Virus record (IMG/VR): IMGVR_UViG_3300045391_006539
DNA length: 64,000 bases
DNA from: a virus
Taxonomy: Duplodnaviria > Caudoviricetes
Reading direction: 5' to 3' (one strand)
Made by a program: the position numbers and the translations under genes. Positions 56,789-64,000 of this stretch are shown piece by piece. The notes below the pieces were generated by a model. The model had not been told where the DNA came from. It did not search any database and saw nothing but the letters and a program-made list of their open reading frames with translations. Every line of letters starts with the position of its first letter. The stretch's first letter is position 1.

Positions 56789-56951
56789 CAACCTCTGGGT
56801 GTACGGGTGCAGGCGGCCTTATCCCGCCGGTGCCTCCCGGTTTGCGGCAACCGGGGCTGACCATCCTGCTCGTACGAACAGGACCTGTCAAACGTCGAAG
56901 GCGGCTACCCAACCTCTTGGGGTAGCCGCCTCCTGTAACCACTAGGGGTTG
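56789..56951 (+). ncRNA. candidate multibranch structured RNA antisense to the replication operon
   Basis: closing stem CAACCTCTGG/CTAGGGGTTG and TACGGG/CCTGTA with G-U on +; four internal hairpins. Confidence 0.5.
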
Positions 56952-56958
56952 TGTATGG

Positions 56959-57279
56959 CTACACCTGGTCAGCGTCCTGACCGAGGTGCTCACCGAGCCC
57001 GCCGAGCTCGAGCGGCCTCGACCCGTCACTCGCGACCGACTGCCCTTCGAAGTGCAGTCGTGCGAGGTCTTTCTCCATCTGAGCGCGTAGCTCGAGCAGC
57101 GCCTCGATGGTCTCTTTCGACCAGACGCTCCCCTCGGCCTTGGTCCAGCCGTGCGTGGCGTTGTTCGATGGGTTGACGAACGCTGCCTTGCCCGAGAGCG
57201 CGATGCTGGTGCCGGAGATTTCGGCGGACATCTCCTTCAGGTCGAGCGCGGAGAACTTGGGCGTGCCGCTGATGGCCAT
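56959..57279 (-). CDS. hypothetical protein
   Basis: TGATG coupling with the VWA gene. Confidence 0.55.
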   Translation of the reverse strand: MAISGTPKFSALDLKEMSAEISGTSIALSGKAAFVNPSNNATHGWTKAEGSVWSKETIEALLELRAQMEKDLARLHFEGQSVASDGSRPLELGGLGEHLGQDADQV

Positions 57280-57896
57280 CAGTCGTGCAGGGCCTTGGTC
57301 GCAATCTGGATGAGGTCTTCGGCCTCCTCCAGCGCCGTCACGTCGACGACGTCGGCCTCAGTACCATCAGCGAACTTGGCGTTCAGCGTGTCGTCGAGTT
57401 CCACGAGGAAGCTCTTCAGGCTCGGATTCTTGCTGAGGTCGCCGACTGACAAGATACCGAGAGCCCACTCGTGTGGGTCTTTCAGCTTCTGGGTGATGCC
57501 ACGGATGGTATTCTTCACTGCGTCACGGTCGCTCGGCTCGCCGTCGGTGACGAGGAAGCAGAACGTCTGCTTGTTGCCGTTGTTGACGTGTGAGGCATAC
57601 GAGAGCTCGATGGCCTTGTGCGTATCGGTCTGCCCATCCGTCGCCTTGAGCGGCCCGATGACATCGCCCGCATTCTCCGCCGTGGCCTTGCCAATCCAAC
57701 GAGCGCCCTTGCCGAAGACGCCAATCTCGACGCCGTCCGGGTCGTATTTGACGGCCTGGTTGGCGAGTGCGATGGCCTTCTCCTTGGAATACTCCAGACG
57801 GGTAGCTCCAGAAGGAGTGTCCTTCTCGTTCATCGAGAGCGAGATGTCGAAGATGAACTGGAGGTTGTCGTCTTTGTTGAGTTCTTGCTGGCTCAT
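57279..57896 (-). CDS. von Willebrand factor A domain protein
   Basis: MIDAS DISLSM, T.T, VTDGEP; AGGAG RBS. Confidence 0.85.
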   Translation of the reverse strand: MSQQELNKDDNLQFIFDISLSMNEKDTPSGATRLEYSKEKAIALANQAVKYDPDGVEIGVFGKGARWIGKATAENAGDVIGPLKATDGQTDTHKAIELSYASHVNNGNKQTFCFLVTDGEPSDRDAVKNTIRGITQKLKDPHEWALGILSVGDLSKNPSLKSFLVELDDTLNAKFADGTEADVVDVTALEEAEDLIQIATKALHD

Positions 57897-58114
57897 GATT
57901 TTTGTTTCTCCTGTTTGTCCGTCGTAAACAGCCCGTAGAGTTGGGCCAAAGAGAAGTCTTCCTTGAAGTGCGCGCGTCCTAGCCAGAATGCGATGGTGAT
58001 GCCGGCATAGACCAACGTGCCGAGGAAGTTGCCTCGAATCACCTCGAAGAGGATGACGAACAGCAGCACTTCGATGGAACCGAGCTTGCGCTCGGTGATG
58101 GGACTGAACTTCAT
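57893..58114 (-). CDS. small two-TM membrane protein
   Basis: two hydrophobic helices; coupled to the VWA gene. Confidence 0.55.
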   Translation of the reverse strand: MKFSPITERKLGSIEVLLFVILFEVIRGNFLGTLVYAGITIAFWLGRAHFKEDFSLAQLYGLFTTDKQEKQKS

Positions 58115-58168
58115 GGGAGAACTCCAAATGTGGGGCTAAAAGAGAGCCTTGGGCTCTCCCCACCTAGT

Positions 58169-58504
58169 CTATCTAGGTACATTCAGTGTGGGCAGCCCAG
58201 GCGCGAGCCAAGACATGCCGTTGTTGACGTACTGGGTGGCAATCGTGAAGCAAGCCGACGAGGCGGCATCCAGGGCAGCTTGGTTCTGCGGACACGAGAC
58301 AGCGACCGTGAACGAGCACTTGAGCTCACCGTACTGGAGTGAGCGTTGTACCGTTGCCGAGACTCTCGCTAGTTGCCCTCCGTTGTTCTGCACGTGCGCC
58401 GCGCAGGCCTTGTCCAGTAACTCGAATGCGTCTGTGCTCATATATCCCTCTTCGTCGTAGATGACTACTCCTTCTTTCTCGACCACCCAGTGCCAGTGCA
58501 TCAC
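58169..58504 (-). CDS. hypothetical protein
   Basis: ORF in operon, followed by hairpin+TTTTAGCCCC. Confidence 0.55.
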   Translation of the reverse strand: MMHWHWVVEKEGVVIYDEEGYMSTDAFELLDKACAAHVQNNGGQLARVSATVQRSLQYGELKCSFTVAVSCPQNQAALDAASSACFTIATQYVNNGMSWLAPGLPTLNVPR

Positions 58505-58980
58505 TTGGGTTTGGGTGCGTGATAGGCGGATGTCGTCTTCTTGAAATCCTCACTCTCGGCGATGAGTTTCTTGGCGAGAGCGAGCTCGATTTTCTCGCTG
58601 TCGATGTCGTGAACCTTCACGGTGCTCTCCACGCCACCGATTTCCAGGAATTTGGCGCGACCGATGAGGGCATAGAGTCCCTCTGGGTCATACTTGATGC
58701 GCTCGGAGCGCTTCCATTCTCCATAGCCGATGTCTGCGGCACGAATGATTTTGTCGGCATTCTGTAGCTTCGTGTTGTGTTCCTCGATGAGCGCGAAATA
58801 CTCGCGCATCACTGGCTCGTTCGTCGCGAGGAACAGATTGAGGACTTTCTCTGCGTCTTTGAACTCCTGGTGGGCTTTGATGACGTCCTGCTCGATGGGT
58901 TTGAGCTTCGGGTCTGCGGCATCGAGTTGAACGGTGGCGGGCTTCTTGGGGGTCTTGGTGACTTTTTTCTTGGCTGCCAT
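58501..58980 (-). CDS. hypothetical phage protein
   Basis: coupled ORF; Lys-rich N-terminus. Confidence 0.6.
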   Translation of the reverse strand: MAAKKKVTKTPKKPATVQLDAADPKLKPIEQDVIKAHQEFKDAEKVLNLFLATNEPVMREYFALIEEHNTKLQNADKIIRAADIGYGEWKRSERIKYDPEGLYALIGRAKFLEIGGVESTVKVHDIDSEKIELALAKKLIAESEDFKKTTSAYHAPKPK

Positions 58981-59819
58981 CAGCCTTCCTCACTGGGTAG
59001 TAGGTCTTGTGGTGTGAGTCGTCCTGGCCTCGCGCCCGTCTCTCCGTAGACCACGCCGAGGTAGCGGTGGTAGATGTCCGCCACCATATGCATGTCTTCG
59101 ATGAAGACTTGCAAGGGATTCCCGTGACTCTGGTCGGCTTGCTTGTAGAGAATGTGCGCAGGGTGAAGTGTGATGAACATCATGTAGTTCACATAGTTCT
59201 GCTCCGTTGGAAAGTGGCTCTGGCCACGACTGCGTCTTTCCCAGTTGCCACTCGACGTCCGGTGGGGCACGCTCCAGACGCCCGGGACGTCCACCTGGGT
59301 CATCGTGCCGCGCTTCTCCGTGACTTTCACGGGACGGCGTAGGATTGCCTTTGCCGCTTCACCGCCGAGAGCGACGATGAACATGGGGTCGACGATGTAG
59401 ATTTCCTCATACAGTCGGGCGAGGCATGCATTGACGGCCGTGGTGGGCGGCGCTTCGTCTTGGATGACGGGGAGCATGACTCCCGAGCGTCGGTCCTTGC
59501 GGAACATCTCCTTGCCCTGATTGTCGAGTTTGATGCCGAAGGAACGACACGCGACGACGTTGCTGATGTAGCTATGCTCGGAGAGACCGAGCTTCATGAT
59601 GGCCGCACGCAGGACTTCTCCAGAACGGCCAATGAAGGGACGCCCGACCTCCGCCTCTGTCGCACCCGGCCCCTCTCCGATGAAGAAGATTCTCCCGAGC
59701 GCTCCCTCTCCAACCACCAACTTGCCGTAACTGCTCTCGCGCTTCTGTCCTAGTGGGCATCGTAGGCACCCCTTCCACTCGTCGTAGAGCTGAGCGAGGG
59801 CCTTCCTCGAATCAAGCAT
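58980..59819 (-). CDS. uracil-DNA glycosylase family 4
   Basis: CLRCPL; GEGPG..E...G.PF.GRSG; NVVACR; ALG..A; TLHPA; start uncertain. Confidence 0.9.
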   Translation of the reverse strand: MLDSRKALAQLYDEWKGCLRCPLGQKRESSYGKLVVGEGALGRIFFIGEGPGATEAEVGRPFIGRSGEVLRAAIMKLGLSEHSYISNVVACRSFGIKLDNQGKEMFRKDRRSGVMLPVIQDEAPPTTAVNACLARLYEEIYIVDPMFIVALGGEAAKAILRRPVKVTEKRGTMTQVDVPGVWSVPHRTSSGNWERRSRGQSHFPTEQNYVNYMMFITLHPAHILYKQADQSHGNPLQVFIEDMHMVADIYHRYLGVVYGETGARPGRLTPQDLLPSEEG

Positions 59820-60261
59820 GTCCCGTGTGCATCTCCTTTCCGGTGACGAGACCCATGGCTTGGGCTCTTCCATCCATCGCAATTCTTATTCCGTTTCTGA
59901 TGAGTTCTTCATGCCAGTGTCGGTCGGAGGGAGCCATGTCCTCGAAGAACGCGTAGTCACAAGGTGTGAGAATGAGGCTTCCCTGCTCGATATTGAGGAT
60001 GTGGCTCACCGATTGAGCTTGAACCAATCGCTCGAGCACGGGAATCGGACCCCTTTCCGTCATCGTCGTCTTCTGGAGGACCGTGCAAAAGAACTCGAGT
60101 GGATAGCGCATGCGGATGGGGTTGCCGATGTGCTCGATGAAGTAGCGCCTATCCGTAAATGGGATTCCATGCTCGCAGCCCCAGAGTTGTCCAATGTACT
60201 TACCAGCAGGCGTGAAAGCGATGGCCCAGACGCCGGTGCGGAGTGCTTCGTCTATGTCCAT
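59812..60261 (-). CDS. hypothetical protein
   Basis: GAGGA RBS; in operon. Confidence 0.55.
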   Translation of the reverse strand: MDIDEALRTGVWAIAFTPAGKYIGQLWGCEHGIPFTDRRYFIEHIGNPIRMRYPLEFFCTVLQKTTMTERGPIPVLERLVQAQSVSHILNIEQGSLILTPCDYAFFEDMAPSDRHWHEELIRNGIRIAMDGRAQAMGLVTGKEMHTGHA

Positions 60262-63200
60262 AGGTCCTCGAAGATGGGTCGATGGCCGTGTCCAACGGCT
60301 CTCGGGTGGTCATGCAGCTCGTATTCGAAGGGGCCGTTCTCTTCGAGCGGCCACTGATTGAGGTGTCGTCTGAGTTTCTTGCACATCCCGATGAGCGTGC
60401 CAATGTCGTCCTCGTAGATGAGGATGAGGGGCGACTTCTTACCCGCTTTCTGTCGGGTCGGTCTACCCATGACCTGCTGCAGCATGTTTCTGCTGGAGAA
60501 AGGCATGCTCATGAGCACGGTATCGAGGGACTCGTCATCGAGTCCTTCCTTGCCATACTTCGTGATGGCGAAGACGACTTTCTTGGTCTTGATGTATTCC
60601 ATCCTGGACTTCGCGTCCACGGCGTGAATCATGAGGCCAGCCGTCGTCAGGTTCTCGGTGAGCCACTTTCGATATGCCTTCTGGCGTGAGCGAAACATGC
60701 TCGAGACGAGCTGGTGAACGTCGTCCTGCTGGAACTGCAGGTTCAGGTCGGCCACACGTGCTCGTGCCTGCATCCCTTCTTCGCTGTCCGGGTCTATCCG
60801 CTCGAGCCGCTTCGTGATTTTCTCGAGTGTCGTGACCAGGAATGCACGCTGTTCCGTGGAGAGCTCGACGGGTGGCAGATGCTTGCCAACTTCGGCGGGC
60901 GTCGGAATGGGGATGTCGGTATAGAGAGAACCAGGTATCGGGCTAGACCAATTGCGCATCGTCCAGAGCGCACATAGATTGACGGCCTCGTCGATGGCAT
61001 TGCAGAGTACGAGGACCTTGCGCCCGGCCTGCACGGCTGTATCTACGTCGTTCAGAATCAGGTTCAGCCGTCGCGGCCAGCGCCCGAAGAACGAGGAGAC
61101 CTTGGACATGTGGACCTCTCCGTTGCGGTCGTAGACGTCACTCGTCGCATCCACCGAGAGCCCAGTCCACTTGAAGACGATGCGCGGCTTGATGGTGTGG
61201 GTGATGTCCTTGTAGATGGTCGGGCCCACGTGGTTGTCGTAGATGACGTTCAGGCCATCGTCTCGGACGGCCGTGGCTGTCAGTGCCAGGCGTACGCCTG
61301 GGAAGACCTCTGCTGCTGGCGCGAACGTAGACGCCGAGATGTGATGACAGTTGTGGACGAGTACGCCGTTGGCGAAGTAGTTGTGATTGCCTTCTACTTC
61401 GAGGTTATAGACCGCACTTTCTCTAGGCACTCCATCAGATTGCTCTCCACCTCCATGTTCGAGAATCTCAACATGGTCCACCCGGAGCGTTTCAAGAACT
61501 TCTCCTTCTTCACATCCCTCTGCTTTGCCTGGAGTGTCCCGTGCGACTTTCCGTCGACCTCGATGCCAATCTTCAAGGCAGGGTTGGCAATGTCTATCTT
61601 GTAGTGTGTTGGAAGGCCCTGATTGCGACTGAGTGGGCCAGTCCCCACCGAGAACTCCGCTGTCCAGCCCAGTGCCCTCAGGAGCATCTCCTGTGGCGTC
61701 GGGAGCGGCTTGCCATTTCCGCCCTGCATCTTGGGCTTGTGCCCTTTCTTCTTCAGTGTCTTTGAGACCTTCTCTCGGACACTCTTCTTTCGCATTGGGT
61801 TGCGAGTTTTCATCCGCTCGGATGCATACATCCGGTTCGTCTTTGCCATGGTCTCGGAGGACCGCATGCTCCTGAAAGCGCTGCCATGTTCTCGCGAGCA
61901 GTAGACTCGACCGAACTTTCTGTACTGGTCCTTCTGCCACTTCTTTGGAATTACTGGTGCGCTGCACCAGGAGCAAGTCAGCGTAAGCATGGTGTCTGAC
62001 TCTAACTAGGTCATCATGTTTACGCAAGGAGATTGCCGGGACATACCCACGGGATGTCCAGAATGGGTGGCCTGCAGTGCAGACCTGGCTCGTCCCATCT
62101 TCGAAGTGGACGTGGACGAGCCGTCGTGTGAATCCCGAGTGTGCCCGGAGAACTCGACGCCGCTCTATCGCGCCCGTCTCTAGGTTTGCCGAGAGGACAA
62201 TATCCCCTTCACATATGCTCTCAATGGGACGACCATCAACGAGAGTCCCAGCTGGGAAGCATTCATCAAAGACCACGCACTGAAACCAGTTCCTCACCTC
62301 ATTGGGTAGGTCATGTGCTAGGGCGCCGAGTGTGTGGTAGGTCGCCATTACTAGACCCTTCTTCCAGTCGAAGGTCCCAGCTTGAATACGCCCCACACCT
62401 CCGGGCACCTCCAGCACTTCGTCGATGGCTTGTAGCCATTGCTGAAGGAGATTAGTGTTGTCGACGACGACGAGCGCTGGTCCTCCCTTCCTCGCAATGA
62501 AGTCGAGGGCTATGACTGTTTTTCCCTTCCCACAATTGTGGATGACCATGCCGTTGGCCACGAAGTTGTTGTAGGGCGCCGGGCAGGCAATGTCGTAGAC
62601 CTCCTCTTCCCGCTTTTCAGTCATGGAGATGACCTTCACGGGAGTGGGATAGCCATCACCGATGGCAGCTGCTCCTGGCTGATGCTCGGCAAGGTGGTCT
62701 TCGATGGTTCGGACTTCGAGGTTGTCTGGGTGATTGTTCTTGTGGTTCCCGTCTTTGTGGTGAACGTGGAAGCGTGTTGGGTCGATGAATGCGAGGTCTG
62801 TCGTGAAGGACCCACCCCAGCGGCACCGGTTCCTGAACTCGTTGAGCGTCAGCTTGTTCAGCGTGGCCTCAGCGACTGCTCGGTGTTCCTCTAGGACTAT
62901 GCGCTGCTCGCCGCCCCGGGTCCCGTTCTTGTGGGCGAACGGATGTGAGTTGTACCAGGCCAAGCGCTTGTAGACAGGCTTGGACTTGCGACGCGGTGGT
63001 GCCTTACCGTCGACGATGACTTGGTCTCCGACCTTCAAACCGCTGAGCCGGCTCTTGTAGCCCCTCGTTGTCAGTACTTCATGGTCGGAGGTGAGCCACA
63101 GCCGTTTGCCATTCTCGAGCAGCAGCTCGTAGGTGTGCATCTTGTGTGGCTTCTTGATGATGCCAAGGATGGGCTGGAGACCAACTCGCCCGTCGAGGAG

Positions 63201-63728
63201 AGAGCGAATCTGCGTCGGGATGCTGGGGTCCCAGCTGTACCTGCCTTTCTCGTTGAGGCGCTGCCAGGCCTCGCGCACGGTGCACTTGAAGCCTTTGCCG
63301 GCGCGGTTGAGGTTGATGACCGTGTCGCCAGAGACGCAGCCGAGTTGCAAGATGCCGCTGTCGCTTCGGAGCAGTGCCTCGAGTGCCTTCCTCTGGACGG
63401 TCTCGCCCGTTGGCACGAGCTTGCCATTCACTCGGCGATGGTCGAGCTGGATGCGGCTCGTGATGCCTGTGGGCGTGTACTCGCGAGGTCTGCAGTCTAC
63501 GACCCTGAAAGGCATGCCTGAAGGACGCCAGAGATGCCTCGGCACGAGCAGGTGGTGCTCGGTCTCATCGAAGAGGTAGACGTACCGAATCTTCTCTTCC
63601 GAATACGAGTCTACGAAACGCATCGACAGCGCCTTCTTCACGGCGTCGACATCGACGGCGTGCTTCGGCACCCAGAACCAGTTGTCGATGTACCCCGTCA
63701 TTGGGTCTCTCTTTAGCGCTCTCATCAC
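60252..63728 (-). CDS. superfamily 2 (DExH) helicase with two inteins
   Basis: spliced Walker A LGCGKGKT, Walker B FDECHH, LTAT, EGLD, Q..GR..R. Confidence 0.9.
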   Translation of the reverse strand: MMRALKRDPMTGYIDNWFWVPKHAVDVDAVKKALSMRFVDSYSEEKIRYVYLFDETEHHLLVPRHLWRPSGMPFRVVDCRPREYTPTGITSRIQLDHRRVNGKLVPTGETVQRKALEALLRSDSGILQLGCVSGDTVINLNRAGKGFKCTVREAWQRLNEKGRYSWDPSIPTQIRSLLDGRVGLQPILGIIKKPHKMHTYELLLENGKRLWLTSDHEVLTTRGYKSRLSGLKVGDQVIVDGKAPPRRKSKPVYKRLAWYNSHPFAHKNGTRGGEQRIVLEEHRAVAEATLNKLTLNEFRNRCRWGGSFTTDLAFIDPTRFHVHHKDGNHKNNHPDNLEVRTIEDHLAEHQPGAAAIGDGYPTPVKVISMTEKREEEVYDIACPAPYNNFVANGMVIHNCGKGKTVIALDFIARKGGPALVVVDNTNLLQQWLQAIDEVLEVPGGVGRIQAGTFDWKKGLVMATYHTLGALAHDLPNEVRNWFQCVVFDECFPAGTLVDGRPIESICEGDIVLSANLETGAIERRRVLRAHSGFTRRLVHVHFEDGTSQVCTAGHPFWTSRGYVPAISLRKHDDLVRVRHHAYADLLLVQRTSNSKEVAEGPVQKVRSSLLLARTWQRFQEHAVLRDHGKDEPDVCIRADENSQPNAKEECPREGLKDTEEERAQAQDAGRKWQAAPDATGDAPEGTGLDSGVLGGDWPTQSQSGPSNTLQDRHCQPCLEDWHRGRRKVARDTPGKAEGCEEGEVLETLRVDHVEILEHGGGEQSDGVPRESAVYNLEVEGNHNYFANGVLVHNCHHISASTFAPAAEVFPGVRLALTATAVRDDGLNVIYDNHVGPTIYKDITHTIKPRIVFKWTGLSVDATSDVYDRNGEVHMSKVSSFFGRWPRRLNLILNDVDTAVQAGRKVLVLCNAIDEAVNLCALWTMRNWSSPIPGSLYTDIPIPTPAEVGKHLPPVELSTEQRAFLVTTLEKITKRLERIDPDSEEGMQARARVADLNLQFQQDDVHQLVSSMFRSRQKAYRKWLTENLTTAGLMIHAVDAKSRMEYIKTKKVVFAITKYGKEGLDDESLDTVLMSMPFSSRNMLQQVMGRPTRQKAGKKSPLILIYEDDIGTLIGMCKKLRRHLNQWPLEENGPFEYELHDHPRAVGHGHRPIFEDLWT
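61350..62261 (-). mobile_element. intein in helicase Walker B with an overprinted endonuclease gene
   Basis: FDE|CFPAGT...CTAGHPF...VYNLEVEGNHNYFANGVLVHN|CHH; 304 aa. Confidence 0.9.
61394..61990 (-). CDS. Vsr/DUF559-like endonuclease in an alternate frame inside the intein
   Basis: CSWC...YCSREH; YKIDIA; IEVDGKSH; RD..K..FL...GW..LRFSN. Confidence 0.8.
   Translation of the reverse strand: MLTLTCSWCSAPVIPKKWQKDQYRKFGRVYCSREHGSAFRSMRSSETMAKTNRMYASERMKTRNPMRKKSVREKVSKTLKKKGHKPKMQGGNGKPLPTPQEMLLRALGWTAEFSVGTGPLSRNQGLPTHYKIDIANPALKIGIEVDGKSHGTLQAKQRDVKKEKFLKRSGWTMLRFSNMEVESNLMECLEKVRSITSK
62535..63338 (-). mobile_element. HNH-containing intein in helicase Walker A
   Basis: LG|CVSGDT...LTSDH...HVHHKDGNHKNNHPDNL...VYDI...NFVANGMVIHN|CGKGKT; 268 aa. 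Confidence 0.9.
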
Positions 63729-64000
63729 ACCTCGTTGGAGCGGGGCGCCCGTAGGCGCCCCGTATTCTCACTTGTCGTATCTGCGGAAGGGGTTGAAGTC
63801 GAAGAAGGAAGCTGCCGTGTGGGCCATGCCCTTCAGGGCAGAGCGTGCCAGCTCGTGGGCGAGTCGATGCGACCAGGGCACGTCATCTCGCACGGGTTCT
63901 GGGACCGTCAGATAGTAGGGCATTGGCGACCCTGGGACTTGGTATGGAGGAGAAACGAACTGAGGTCCATACTGAGCGACTACCGGCGGAACGAGAATTG

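Noticed and set aside
57897-58163. N-terminal extension of the VWA ORF
   Set aside because: Overlaps the membrane-protein gene 57893..58114 in another frame; the RBS supports ATG 57896.

Overview
This is a GC-rich fragment of a large tailed dsDNA phage, probably a contractile-tailed myovirus; the host cannot be read from the sequence. 1-24 kb holds densely packed small accessory genes: a PTH2-like hydrolase, two MazG-like enzymes, dCTP deaminase and a CHAP-like hydrolase. 24-42 kb (+) holds baseplate, tail and lysis genes, interrupted by small minus-strand cassettes. 42-64 kb (-) is a replication/recombination operon: SF2 helicase with 2 inteins, UDG, VWA protein, DnaB-like helicase, primase, 2 free-standing HNH endonucleases, PolA with a Gln-ending intein, HU, RecA, resolvases and a Cas4-like nuclease. 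The main find is a TIGR-Tas-type RNA-guided locus at 14.0-15.8 kb. It has a 378-aa Nop/IS110-like protein with no visible nuclease domain and an inserted DnaJ-type CxxCxGxG zinc finger. Directly after it is an array of 18 units of about 36 nt with alternating repeats AGCGAGCC(A/G) and AGAGACCC(A/G) and paired spacers of about 9 nt. Other finds: three tRNA-like RNAs that all lack a normal anticodon loop; several intergenic structured RNA candidates whose G-U pairs point to the + strand; a recurrent bipartite promoter-like motif (CAAWT-N13-NGRNATAAY); a hairpin+TAGCC terminator motif; and a Vsr/DUF559-like endonuclease overprinted in another frame inside an intein. All calls were made by eye from motifs; no database search or folding program was run.
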